A stretch of 37,262 nt of DNA from a virus (taxonomy: Duplodnaviria > Caudoviricetes), in the IMG/VR virus record IMGVR_UViG_3300025012_000202, positions 1-37,262 of that record. One strand, written 5' to 3'. The notes below the pieces were generated by a model that was not told the origin of the DNA, did no database searches, and was given only the letters and a program-made list of their open reading frames with translations. The stretch's first letter is position 1. Every line of letters starts with the position of its first letter. This document shows positions 25,893 through 35,694 of this stretch, one piece after another. The position numbers were made by a program, and so were the translations under genes.

Positions 25893-28319
25893 TTACCACA
25901 ATCTACATCCAGAATCCCCATTAGAAAAAGTTCCTCCCACTGAACATAATGCCCCATAAAACCTCTGAGCTTCCGTAGCTGATCTCCAAAATGCAGTTCC
26001 GTCTCCAAGTATAAAATATCTTTTATAGATGTTTACCTCATCTTCATCAATTGCGGAAATGTCAATAGATTTATTCCTATTATCTAAAGAGAATTCTGTA
26101 ATATTTATCAATCTATCAGTCCAACCACCATCCGCTGTAGGTGGTTCTTCATGCGTAACTAATACTCTTTCCCCTATATCCAAAGGAAGCACTGACATGG
26201 GCAAAGAAAAGTTTACTTTACTTAAACCACCTTGTAATTTACTTAACCATCTTCTTCCAATATTGGAGGCTTCTATATATGAAAATACAAAAGGAGAATC
26301 AATAGTGAAAGTTCTTATCGTATTGAATTGTTCAACAAAAGCAGTTCCAGAAGTCTCAAAAGCATTTCTATATTCTTCTTTTATCCAATCATAATCATAA
26401 TTAACCACAACTCTATTAAAAACGTCACGAACATCCCTTGTAATAGAAAAGCTGTCCTCTAATATTTCATTCTGTTGTATTTTTCGTATATTTGTTCTTG
26501 ATACAGCGGGGCGATAGACTTGGAAATTTGCTTGATTTTCCTTATCGAAATAAAAACTTGACATACCATTAACACTCATATCCTGTATTAAATCTATAGA
26601 ATTTGAATGTTTTTCCCCATTCATTATGTATCTAAAATTGATATTATTTAACCAAACTTCAGCAGTATCAAAACTTGCAGTTCCTATATCCGATGTTGAT
26701 AAACCACAAAGATTACCACTTGTTAATATATCTTTTAACATAAGTACTGGATTTGTTATAACTCCTGAATTGTAATAATCTAAAAGTTCAATCACTTGCG
26801 TACCATAAGAGGAACCAAAACCTACTATACCTGTCCCAGCTACAGTTATGGTTGGTAATGGTGCATTAGTCCAAGTAGAGTACCATCCATCTGGTGCTCT
26901 TGTACCAGCAACAGTACCAAAACCACTTGTCCAATAATCAAAATCACCATTTGTTGCTAAACCAGTGCCTTGTCCTGTCTCTGTAGGTATTAATGTTGTA
27001 CCAATGATTGTTCTAAACCCATCAAAGTGAACTCCTGTATTTTGGGAATAAGCTTCTAACCATAGACCATAACCTGTTGTACCTGTTTTATCCCAACTTG
27101 TTTGAACCCATTGCCATGTACCGATAGTAGTTGCATCACTTGTACCTGCATAGGGTTGCCCAGTAAATTCATTTCTTATATGAACAAAAGCGGCATTTGG
27201 TTCATATTGTTTGACCCAACAACCTGCCCATACTCTTTGGGTTCCTGCATAATTTATTCTATCTTTATGCTTTATATATACACTAGATGCAGCACCACCG
27301 TAAGGCCCAATATATACATCTTTTTCCATACCTGTCTCAGTTCCATTTAAAGAAACAGTCCCATATATTGGTAGTAAAGTAGATGTATTGCCCTCTCTAC
27401 CCCTAATTTCAGCATATACAGATTTTGTTCCTTGACTTGTGCCAAAATCTATAAAACTCATAATATTTGTTCCTGTATGAGTTCCAGAAATATAAGTAGT
27501 ATAATTAAATACTTGAGTTCCTCCACTATAAACCTTAACAACAGTCCCTATTGCATGATCGGCAAATAAATATCTATGTCTAACCGTATCTATAAATAGT
27601 GGTTGTATTAAAGGTGCATCTGTGAAATCACCCCAAATATAAGGTATTTTTTTACCAACAAGGTCTGTATCAAAATCTGTCATTGTTCCTTCAACCATTA
27701 CAGAAGTTCCTACATGGGGAAATTCTGTAACAGTAATTTTTCTTGGGGGTATATCTCTAAAAATTCTATGTGTGTAATCACCAATGGATAATTTAAATTC
27801 TTTATTGCTTCTATCCTCTTTCTTAATTATTCCTTTATATAATGTGTAAGCCACAGCAACAGATAAATCGCCAGGACTTCCAACACCGTAAGGCCCACCA
27901 GAAGCATTTATTGACCCATCGGCTAAATAATCCCCATTGGCTAAGTATTCTATACCACCTGCTCCACCAACACTACTGCCACTAAATCCCATTCTTAAAA
28001 CGGCAGGTCTATTTAATATTGAAGTATTCCAAGGCCATCTACTAAATTCTAAATCACCATTGGCTAAACTTACTGAAAGGTCTGCTGTTTCAAATTGACC
28101 ATTTTCTGGTTGAACTGAACGATTAATAGCTCCTGTATTTTGTAATTTTGATTTATAATAATTACCTTCTGATTCTCTACCAATGTTTGCTACTGTGTAA
28201 GTACCTGTTGCACTTTCACCTAAAGTCCCACTAAGATTTATATCTAATAGGTATATTATATCCTTAGAGGAATCTATACCCTTACCTGAAGAGCGTATTA
28301 TATCAGAAAATGATGGCGT
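25893..28319 (-). CDS. Large tail-tip/hub protein, about 808 aa, apparent ACG start
   Basis: Frame stays open 109 codons upstream of the tracked ATG 27992 to an ACG 5 nt after AGGAGG; IPYIWGD, NPV..L.DIL, FNRVVVNY, DIGERV tail-tip patterns. Confidence 0.75.
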   Translation of the reverse strand, partial: TPSFSDIIRSSGKGIDSSKDIIYLLDINLSGTLGESATGTYTVANIGRESEGNYYKSKLQNTGAINRSVQPENGQFETADLSVSLANGDLEFSRWPWNTSILNRPAVLRMGFSGSSVGGAGGIEYLANGDYLADGSINASGGPYGVGSPGDLSVAVAYTLYKGIIKKEDRSNKEFKLSIGDYTHRIFRDIPPRKITVTEFPHVGTSVMVEGTMTDFDTDLVGKKIPYIWGDFTDAPLIQPLFIDTVRHRYLFADHAIGTVVKVYSGGTQVFNYTTYISGTHTGTNIMSFIDFGTSQGTKSVYAEIRGREGNTSTLLPIYGTVSLNGTETGMEKDVYIGPYGGAASSVYIKHKDRINYAGTQRVWAGCWVKQYEPNAAFVHIRNEFTGQPYAGTSDATTIGTWQWVQTSWDKTGTTGYGLWLEAYSQNTGVHFDGFRTIIGTTLIPTETGQGTGLATNGDFDYWTSGFGTVAGTRAPDGWYSTWTNAPLPTITVAGTGIVGFGSSYGTQVIELLDYYNSGVITNPVLMLKDILTSGNLCGLSTSDIGTASFDTAEVWLNNINFRYIMNGEKHSNSIDLIQDMSVNGMSSFYFDKENQANFQVYRPAVSRTNIRKIQQNEILEDSFSITRDVRDVFNRVVVNYDYDWIKEEYRNAFETSGTAFVEQFNTIRTFTIDSPFVFSYIEASNIGRRWLSKLQGGLSKVNFSLPMSVLPLDIGERVLVTHEEPPTADGGWTDRLINITEFSLDNRNKSIDISAIDEDEVNIYKRYFILGDGTAFWRSATEAQRFYGALCSVGGTFSNGDSGCRLW

Positions 28320-28336
28320 GTGAACCTCCTACTTAT

Positions 28337-29887
28337 TTATGGTGAATAATAAGGTATGCGAATACTTGTCCCACCAAGAGACATTTTTAAGAATCCTACA
28401 GCATTAGCTGGCAATGCTACTGCACCAGCACTTGCTGAACCAATACTAGAAGGTTGTTTGAATCCTATAGGAGATAAACTATTTGTACCATTAATAGTTA
28501 CAGCACCATTAAAATTTAATACTCTATTATCAAATTCACCATAGATAAGTGGTTTTGAAGTAGTTCCATTTGATATATATAATTTATTACCTAATGTTTC
28601 ATCATATCCAGCCATATGACCAATAAAAACATTCCCTGAAGACGTACCATTATTAAATCCTGCTCTATTACCAATAAATGTGTTTCTTGCACCACTTGTA
28701 TTTTTTCTCCCAGCTGAATTACCAATAAAGGCATTTGGCCCACTTGTAGTTAAATAACCTGCATGAAAACCAATAAATAAATTATGACTTACTGTGCCAT
28801 TATTGAATCCTGCCCTATTACCTATAAATGTATTAGCCGACCCAATAGTATTATTGAATCCTGATGCATAACCAATACAAAAATTCTCATCACCAATAGT
28901 ATTCTTCCATCCAGAATAAGCACCAATAAAAGTATTAGCCGACCCAATAGTATTATACTGACCTGCAACAAACCCTATAAATATGTTCCGTTGGCCAGTA
29001 GTATTAGCTTCCCCAGAATAAGCCCCAACAAAATGATTTTGTCTACCAGTAGTATTATTATACCCAGACCTAAAACCAATAAATGTGTTATTACCCCCTG
29101 TTGTATTATTGTACCCTGCGTGATCCCCAATAAATATATTTGGTACTCCAGAAGTATTCTTCCCACCAGCTAAATTACCAATAAAGACATTTGGCCCACT
29201 TGTATTAGCTTTCCCTGCTTGATAACCAATAAACACATTACCTGATACAGTACCGGATAAATTACCTGCCCCAGCACCAATAAATGTATTGCAAGACCCA
29301 ACTGTATTTGTGAATCCTGCTCCATAACCTACTATAACATTCTCATTCCCTGTTGTATTATTGAATCCTGTTTGAGCACCAACAAATGTATTTTTCCCGA
29401 TACCTGCAACATTATAACCAGCTCTGTCCCCTATGTAAACCCCATAATCCCCTGGGTCTCCTTGATATAAAGCCTCTGCTCCAATAGCTACATTTCTTGT
29501 ACCGGAACAAACTCTACCACTATCTGCACCTAAAAAAGTATTTCTATCTCCACCAATAGAAGTTAATCCTGAGTTATGACCAATAGCTGTATTATATACA
29601 CCACTTGTCCCACCTTTACCTGCCCTATAACCTGCGTAAGTATTGTATTTTCCAGTAGTATTTGAATAACCAGATTCTATACCAATAAATGTATTTTGAA
29701 TACCTGTGGTGATGGAAGTCCCAGCGGTGTGACCAACAAATACATTCTTAGTGCCATGAAAATTAGCATCTCTGTGGCTACCGTCCTCCTTATGGTCAAT
29801 TAATGATAATCTGTTCAGCGTGTCGGACAGTGAAGGATGCGAAGCCCCAACCATTTTTTCTGAGAATGTTATCCTTTGATCAGCCAT
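28337..29887 (-). CDS. Tail fibre/adhesin-like protein with N-x-F-I-G-x-x-A-G repeats
   Basis: About 14-aa tandem repeats, NKLYISN..PLIYGEF cap, RIPYY C-terminus; AGGAGG SD. Confidence 0.75.
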   Translation of the reverse strand: MADQRITFSEKMVGASHPSLSDTLNRLSLIDHKEDGSHRDANFHGTKNVFVGHTAGTSITTGIQNTFIGIESGYSNTTGKYNTYAGYRAGKGGTSGVYNTAIGHNSGLTSIGGDRNTFLGADSGRVCSGTRNVAIGAEALYQGDPGDYGVYIGDRAGYNVAGIGKNTFVGAQTGFNNTTGNENVIVGYGAGFTNTVGSCNTFIGAGAGNLSGTVSGNVFIGYQAGKANTSGPNVFIGNLAGGKNTSGVPNIFIGDHAGYNNTTGGNNTFIGFRSGYNNTTGRQNHFVGAYSGEANTTGQRNIFIGFVAGQYNTIGSANTFIGAYSGWKNTIGDENFCIGYASGFNNTIGSANTFIGNRAGFNNGTVSHNLFIGFHAGYLTTSGPNAFIGNSAGRKNTSGARNTFIGNRAGFNNGTSSGNVFIGHMAGYDETLGNKLYISNGTTSKPLIYGEFDNRVLNFNGAVTINGTNSLSPIGFKQPSSIGSASAGAVALPANAVGFLKMSLGGTSIRIPYYSP

Positions 29888-29907
29888 TAGTAAAACCTCC
29901 TATATAA

Positions 29908-30666
29908 TCATAATTCTTCATTTAATCTAAAAGAAACATCATGTATTCCATAAAAAATTTCTTTTTGTTTAAATGAATTTTTATCAAATCTTGTAAAAAA
30001 AGTTTCAAACTTATTATCGTCCTTATCTAAACAAAACCACAGTGGTCTATAAGAACCATTACAGAAATTCCTTATCTTAATCATCGTTCCAAATGTTGCT
30101 TCATTTATTGAAGGATAGTTGAATTCCCAACTTCTTTTAGTATATTTATGGTAGACCTTTTTTTGTCCTTTTTCACTTTCAGTAAGTATAGTCGAAGAAT
30201 CCATTTCTTTTTTAAAAGGGTATTGGGGATTAACACTAAGAATATCCCTTTTACCTATGAAAACTTCTTTAATTTTGGTAACTTCTGATAATCCAGCGCC
30301 TATGAAGAATAATTGCCAATATCTATAATTAACAATTGGAGTAAAAAAATTCATACTAGTACCTGTAGAACTTAGAATAGGCAATCCATAAGCAACTGTT
30401 GTTGGTGGGTTTGTATCCCCAGCATTTACATAAAGCGTACCAGTTTCATTGAGATTGTGAACAGCAATTAAGCTATCAACGTAAACATTGCTTCCCATAT
30501 CGAATAGAATGTTTGCATTAGTTATGCTGTTTGAACTCCAATAAGAGCTAAGATTATTATCTGCTAATCGGTTAGTACCATAAAGTGTGTTACTTGTACC
30601 ATATAAATCTGTTATTTTTGAGGGTGATTCACATAAGTTTTTATAACAAAAAAGTATATTACTCAT
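29908..30666 (-). CDS. Distal-tail-like structural protein
   Basis: Immediately downstream of the tape measure gene; paralog of 25124-25870. Confidence 0.7.
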   Translation of the reverse strand: MSNILFCYKNLCESPSKITDLYGTSNTLYGTNRLADNNLSSYWSSNSITNANILFDMGSNVYVDSLIAVHNLNETGTLYVNAGDTNPPTTVAYGLPILSSTGTSMNFFTPIVNYRYWQLFFIGAGLSEVTKIKEVFIGKRDILSVNPQYPFKKEMDSSTILTESEKGQKKVYHKYTKRSWEFNYPSINEATFGTMIKIRNFCNGSYRPLWFCLDKDDNKFETFFTRFDKNSFKQKEIFYGIHDVSFRLNEEL

Positions 30667-30677
30667 AATGAATAGAG

Positions 30678-33167
30678 TTACCTTGCCTCTTTTACCATAG
30701 TCCTACCTCGACCAAAATCCCGAATATTAGATTGGATCATGGGGATTATTTTTTTACGTACTACACGCTCTACATCCTCTGAATCCATTGCTGTAATGCT
30801 AAACGACATATTCACATTATTTGATGGTGGTTGACTTACACCGCCACCCCCAGCATCCACACCCGCTCTGAAAGCATCAGATTCTTTTCTATTCAGTACA
30901 ATTTCACCAGAATGCAGCATTGCTGGCCCCGTTTCCTTAACACCTTCTAACCCTGTACCTTTTTCAAAACTTGATATTTTACCAGCAAAGGCCATGACTA
31001 AGCCAATTGCAGCAGCAGCCCCAGCTGCACCTAAAATTATGCCCCAAGGCCCCATACCTGCCAAAGCTGCAAACACTTTTGCAGCAGCTTCATAAGCCTT
31101 TATTGCTATTATTTTTATAGCACCCCAAGCCTCTATAGCTACATTTTTAACAGTCGCCCATGTATTTATTGCTATTCTTTCAATCTCCCCAGCTAATGTA
31201 GCAGCAGTAATAGCTTCTTGAAATAAGACTTCTTTTGTTAACATAACAGTTTTTCCAACTATCCAATCAGCCACCATGTCAGAAATCATTTGGAAAAATG
31301 CTTGTTTAATAGTTTTTAGCATCCCTTGGATACCTTCACTAAAAGTCATAGTACCATCCAACATCCCTTGTATAGAACTACTAAAGCCAGATTGTATAGA
31401 ACTAAAAAATGTTTTGAAAGACTCTTTCAATTTCTTTAAAACATTTTTATCCACTTCTTCCTCAAATTCAAGAAATCCTATTTTAGCCTTAGTTGTCCAA
31501 CTTCCCACGTCAGCTAACCATTTAATATATTCATCATTAGGTTTAAAAGCCTTGTCTTGTTTACCCGTAAGGGATTTAAAAGTCTCATCCACTTCTTTAG
31601 CCCAACCTGTCAATTCGGTTGGTGCAGCACCACCACTAACTGAAGGTGTTGTTGGTGCAACCGCCTCCGTTGCTTTATATTTATTAAGATTGGCTCTCAG
31701 TTCTGTAACTACTTTATTTGCCAAACCCCATCTATTAGTTATAGTATCTGCTACTTTAGCAATATCCTCTCCAGTGGTATTAGCCATTTGCCCCAAAATA
31801 GCAATGTTTTCCCCTTGTGCTTCTGCCATTTCACCTGTTGTATCGGCAAAACCACTAAGAGCATCTTGTAGAGCTTTCATGCCTGGAAATGCAGAGGGTA
31901 ACAAAAACTCAGCAACAATTTTAAGTTTCTCAATAAATTTAGTCACTAACCAAACAATCCCAAATAATCCAGTATTAATAATTATAGCAAAACCAATCCA
32001 TGTGAATTTCAAACCCAACAGGATTAATTTTATACCTGATAAAGTATTCACAAAAATAGTAACTGCATAAATAATTTTTTCTAATGCAGAGATAAAAACA
32101 TCAGCCCAACCTTTTATATCCATCTTACTTGTTTGGAAATATTTTATAAGGTTATCAAAAACAATAGAAAAAGATGACCCGATAAGACTTGTTGCTTTCT
32201 GCATCTCCCCTGATTTAAATGCTTTTTCAAAAAAATTAACAATATTCTCTAATTGAGCCTTTAGTGGAGCCATACCACCACCTTCACCAATTTGTCTAAA
32301 AAATTCTTTCACATAATTTGTCAAACGAATGGTTAAACCACCCCAAGTAGTGCTTATTCTTTTAGCAGTTCCACCAAAATGCTCCTCCATTGTTTCCAAA
32401 ATAGCTTTGATAGCTGTGGAGGAATCAATCATTGTAAATTTAAGCTCAGACACGGCTTTACCAGTACGTTCAGAAATCTTTTTAAATATCTTTGTATAAA
32501 CAGCCTCATAACCTGGCACTGCCCATTCTGCCAACTGTCTCAATTCCTGACCTTCAAGCCTTGTTTTTGCTTGTATCTGACCAATAGCTCTTGCAATACC
32601 TGTTATTGCTCTACCACTTTCAGGTAGTACAGAAGCTACATTTACCAAACTTTCCATCAATTTGATGCTCGGTGTGAGTCCATAGGCTTGTAATGTGATG
32701 AATGCTTTAGAAACTTCTTGCATAGATACAGGCATACTCAATGCCCATTGGTTTAATTTATTAAACCAAGCCTCACCTTGCCCTTTTGTAAGAACATCTA
32801 AAGTCACTTTCATTCTTTCAAATTCAGCATTTAAGCCAACAAAAGCTCCTATACCTTTAGCAATAATGCCAGCAAACAGGCCCATAATTAATGTTTTTAA
32901 TGAGAATATTGCGTCAAGAGCACGACCAGCCCCACTAACCATACCGGAAAAAACACTTAGGGAAGCTCCTCCTATACTTTTCAGACCAGAACCTAGTTTA
33001 GAAAAACCAGAAGTTATCCTTGTAAAAGCATTATTAACTCCTCCCATAGAGGAGGTAGTGGAACTTATGAACTTCTTTAAGTCATTAATAACTTCTCTTA
33101 ATGTCTTAGAAGCTAAGTTTTTAGCTACTATTCTTTTTTTGTTTATCCATTTCTCTTTTTTGATCAT
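30678..33167 (-). CDS. Tape measure protein (start uncertain)
   Basis: AKNLASKTL N-terminal pattern, tape-measure domain (A.GQI.AK..L.GQELRQL.E), Ala/Gly helices, AMLHSGEIVLN C-terminus. Confidence 0.92.
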   Translation of the reverse strand: MIKKEKWINKKRIVAKNLASKTLREVINDLKKFISSTTSSMGGVNNAFTRITSGFSKLGSGLKSIGGASLSVFSGMVSGAGRALDAIFSLKTLIMGLFAGIIAKGIGAFVGLNAEFERMKVTLDVLTKGQGEAWFNKLNQWALSMPVSMQEVSKAFITLQAYGLTPSIKLMESLVNVASVLPESGRAITGIARAIGQIQAKTRLEGQELRQLAEWAVPGYEAVYTKIFKKISERTGKAVSELKFTMIDSSTAIKAILETMEEHFGGTAKRISTTWGGLTIRLTNYVKEFFRQIGEGGGMAPLKAQLENIVNFFEKAFKSGEMQKATSLIGSSFSIVFDNLIKYFQTSKMDIKGWADVFISALEKIIYAVTIFVNTLSGIKLILLGLKFTWIGFAIIINTGLFGIVWLVTKFIEKLKIVAEFLLPSAFPGMKALQDALSGFADTTGEMAEAQGENIAILGQMANTTGEDIAKVADTITNRWGLANKVVTELRANLNKYKATEAVAPTTPSVSGGAAPTELTGWAKEVDETFKSLTGKQDKAFKPNDEYIKWLADVGSWTTKAKIGFLEFEEEVDKNVLKKLKESFKTFFSSIQSGFSSSIQGMLDGTMTFSEGIQGMLKTIKQAFFQMISDMVADWIVGKTVMLTKEVLFQEAITAATLAGEIERIAINTWATVKNVAIEAWGAIKIIAIKAYEAAAKVFAALAGMGPWGIILGAAGAAAAIGLVMAFAGKISSFEKGTGLEGVKETGPAMLHSGEIVLNRKESDAFRAGVDAGGGGVSQPPSNNVNMSFSITAMDSEDVERVVRKKIIPMIQSNIRDFGRGRTMVKEAR

Positions 33168-33558
33168 CCATTTTTTTCTTTTCAAATTTGTTTATTTCTG
33201 CATTTATAATAGAAAAAGCTTCCATTAATTTGTTATCTTGCTCAAGTAAACCACCTTCATTAGGCCACCCACCAAATTTCTCACATAAAAAATAAGTTTT
33301 TAAAAAGAAGTCAGTATCCTCAGACATTGACCCTACAGGGCAGATATGAAATCTGTATTTACCACATGTAAGACTAAAGTTAATATCTACTTTTTTATCA
33401 CTTTTTACATGGATAAATTTATCTTCTTCAATATATTCAATGTCTTCTGTATAGGTACTTAAACTACAATTTCTGGAAAGTTTCTGTTCTTCACTACAAG
33501 ATGTGCAATCCCAACCTTTATCGGCTAATATATATGAGACTGCACTTATAAGTTTTTT
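33121..33558 (-). CDS. Tail assembly chaperone, -1 frameshifted extension (gpGT-like)
   Basis: -1 frame open from the slippery site to TAG/TAA end at 33121; WPNEGGLLEQD motif. Confidence 0.8.
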   Translation of the reverse strand, partial: KKLISAVSYILADKGWDCTSCSEEQKLSRNCSLSTYTEDIEYIEEDKFIHVKSDKKVDINFSLTCGKYRFHICPVGSMSEDTDFFLKTYFLCEKFGGWPNEGGLLEQDNKLMEAFSIINAEINKFEKKKMDDQKREMDKQKKNSS

Positions 33559-33923
33559 GCTTCATTATCCTTCAAAGATGAGATGTCAACAATAGCTTCT
33601 ATAATCTCTTCAATAAGTGGATGTGGTGCAGAATCATAAAATACTTCAATATCTGTTATTTCCTCACCTGTTTCAGCATCTAAAAAGTTCTTAACAGACT
33701 TAACATTGTCACAGAATTGTTTCTTCTGTATGAATAGGCTATTAGAGTCCCACTCACCTTTGCTACCAGGTCGCTGAAAGTAACGAGTTCTCTTAGCATA
33801 AGTATCAGCTTCACCACGAGACATTGAATGAATAATTACTACTAAAGGGTTATTATCATCCCTGTTCCCCGCATAGGCTGGGGTAAAAGTTATGTCGTTC
33901 TTGCTTACAGACTTAATTGACAT
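33546..33923 (-). CDS. Tail assembly chaperone (gpG-like)
   Basis: Between tail tube and tape measure genes; AGGAGG SD; ends with slippery heptamer. Confidence 0.8.
   Translation of the reverse strand: MSIKSVSKNDITFTPAYAGNRDDNNPLVVIIHSMSRGEADTYAKRTRYFQRPGSKGEWDSNSLFIQKKQFCDNVKSVKNFLDAETGEEITDIEVFYDSAPHPLIEEIIEAIVDISSLKDNEAKNL
33552..33558 (-). other. Programmed -1 frameshift site A AAA AAC
   Basis: GCA AAA AAC TTA TAA at the end of the chaperone ORF. Confidence 0.8.
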
Positions 33924-33958
33924 TTTTGAACCTCCTGTTGTTTTGGGTTTCTATATAT

Positions 33959-34609
33959 TTATAAATAAACATTTAAAATCTCCTGATAATACTTTGTCCA
34001 ATATTCTCTATTATAATTCGTTTTACTATGACAACTATTACATAAAGTTGTAAGATTTTCTGAATTATTATTTTTCTTATTATAATCAATATGATGAACA
34101 CATAGATTTTCTGTATTCATACATCCCGGTGTTTGACATATATTAAAATCTCTATTCTTAATGGTTTGTTTTAATTTTTTATTAAATTCAATTCCATATT
34201 CTTCAAAGGATTTGCCATTTTGCCATTGAGGATGTTTACTTCCTTGATTCTTTTCTCTTAATATTTGTATAGTTTCTTCTGAATGATTCTTCCCTTTCAT
34301 TTTAAATGACATTTTATTTCTATTTTCTTCAAAAGAATAATATATTTTCAATGCTTCAGAAACACCCTCTGCATTTTTCTTAACTCTTGCATCTATTTCT
34401 TTTGTTAACCCCTTATTCCAAGCAAAACCCCCATTTTTATAAAAATTTTTGATGCTTTTTTGAAATTTCTTTACTGTTTCTTCTGTTGGAGATTTCCCTT
34501 TTGATGAGTGCCCCCTAATATATGAGGGAATCCCATCATATTTATGAGATCCCCTTATCTCTATTTGACCACCACAACCACATTTACATGTATGCTTATA
34601 GTAATTCAT
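33959..34609 (-). CDS. HNH homing endonuclease with CKCGCG N-terminus and NUMOD3
   Basis: CKCGCGG..YIRGH, KGKNHSEET, RDFNICQ..C..LCVHHIDYNKKNN..NL..LCNSCH. Confidence 0.9.
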   Translation of the reverse strand: MNYYKHTCKCGCGGQIEIRGSHKYDGIPSYIRGHSSKGKSPTEETVKKFQKSIKNFYKNGGFAWNKGLTKEIDARVKKNAEGVSEALKIYYSFEENRNKMSFKMKGKNHSEETIQILREKNQGSKHPQWQNGKSFEEYGIEFNKKLKQTIKNRDFNICQTPGCMNTENLCVHHIDYNKKNNNSENLTTLCNSCHSKTNYNREYWTKYYQEILNVYL

Positions 34610-34614
34610 ATACT

Positions 34615-35694
34615 TTAATTTATACAGAATCCTACTGCCGGATCCGTGTTTACCAAAAAAATTCTTATATCAAAATTTGTACTCACCATTGCTTGAAACG
34701 GCATTTCCACAGTATTTTCTTCCATAGAATCTACACTAGGAGCATTCCCTGTATAAATTATATTTGGCATTCTGAACTCTAACCGATAAACTCCACTTAC
34801 AAATGCCACATTTACACTTGAAGGTGTACCAGCAATCCATTTGTCATATTCATCCCGGACAAAACTTTCGTAAGGTACAGTGTAGGAACCAGTAACAACT
34901 CTTTGTCCATTAGGGACTACTCTACCCAATACATTTGTTCCCAATGTCCAAACTTCCTTAAATGAATTATCTACCGATATAGAGAAAGCCTCCACTGTGT
35001 ATCTTATAGTACCACCAGCACCAGCTTCATTTACTCCTATTTGGAAAGTTGCATCTTTCCACATAAAAGGGGGCATTGATGGATAACCAACTGACAGAAT
35101 TGCCGTACCATGAGCAGCGGAAACTCTTGCAACTGAATCTATTGAACATTTTAAGTCCTCACCAGCAGCACAGGAGAAAGCAAGTGACCTAACCCTGTTA
35201 CCTAAAAATGGGTAATCCCTCACACTTCCAGCACTATCCTCTCTACCTATATGGTAAGAGATACCAAAAACCCGTCCAGTTCCAGCAGCATTACCTGTCC
35301 CAGCTGCTAAATTACCAAATAAGTCATCATGTGGTGTAAATGTATGTAAATACTCTGTAGCAGTATATGTCCCACTAACCACATTACCAAAGCAATGCTT
35401 TATCAAAAGACCAATTCCTGCCTTATCACCACCACCTTCAGGATACACACTAAGGTCAATACCCCCTTCGGCTTTTAAACCCATTAGTCTGTGCCTCTTA
35501 ACTCCCCTATCTTGTACCCCAGACCTTCCTATTTCGGTTAGAAATTTCTGCTCATTGGCAGGGGCCATACTCTCACTGTCAAAATACATCCCTGATCTAT
35601 ATAACCCAGAATCCACACCCCAACTTTGGGCCTCTGTGCCGTTCTGAGTCCCTTCCTCCGATATTTGGAAATATGACTGAAAGCCCATTGACAT
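34615..35694 (-). CDS. Major tail tube protein
   Basis: E....G, HTFTP, G.RVRSL.FS, FSISVDN, GQRVVTGS, VEMPFQA pattern; upstream of chaperones. Confidence 0.85.
   Translation of the reverse strand: MSMGFQSYFQISEEGTQNGTEAQSWGVDSGLYRSGMYFDSESMAPANEQKFLTEIGRSGVQDRGVKRHRLMGLKAEGGIDLSVYPEGGGDKAGIGLLIKHCFGNVVSGTYTATEYLHTFTPHDDLFGNLAAGTGNAAGTGRVFGISYHIGREDSAGSVRDYPFLGNRVRSLAFSCAAGEDLKCSIDSVARVSAAHGTAILSVGYPSMPPFMWKDATFQIGVNEAGAGGTIRYTVEAFSISVDNSFKEVWTLGTNVLGRVVPNGQRVVTGSYTVPYESFVRDEYDKWIAGTPSSVNVAFVSGVYRLEFRMPNIIYTGNAPSVDSMEENTVEMPFQAMVSTNFDIRIFLVNTDPAVGFCIN

Noticed and set aside
28700-29210. Direct repeats as a possible DGR template/variable pair or CRISPR array
   Set aside because: They are in-frame protein repeat units; no reverse transcriptase or cas gene and no regular repeat-spacer pattern in the window.
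31276-32070. 264 aa + strand ORF and the many other + strand ORFs beyond 1700
   Set aside because: Antisense shadows of well-supported - strand genes, with no SD or motifs.
33133-33140. dnaX-type A AAA AAG -1 frameshift fusing GT to the tape measure protein
   Set aside because: The tape measure frame is +1 relative to GT, so a -1 slip would not join them.
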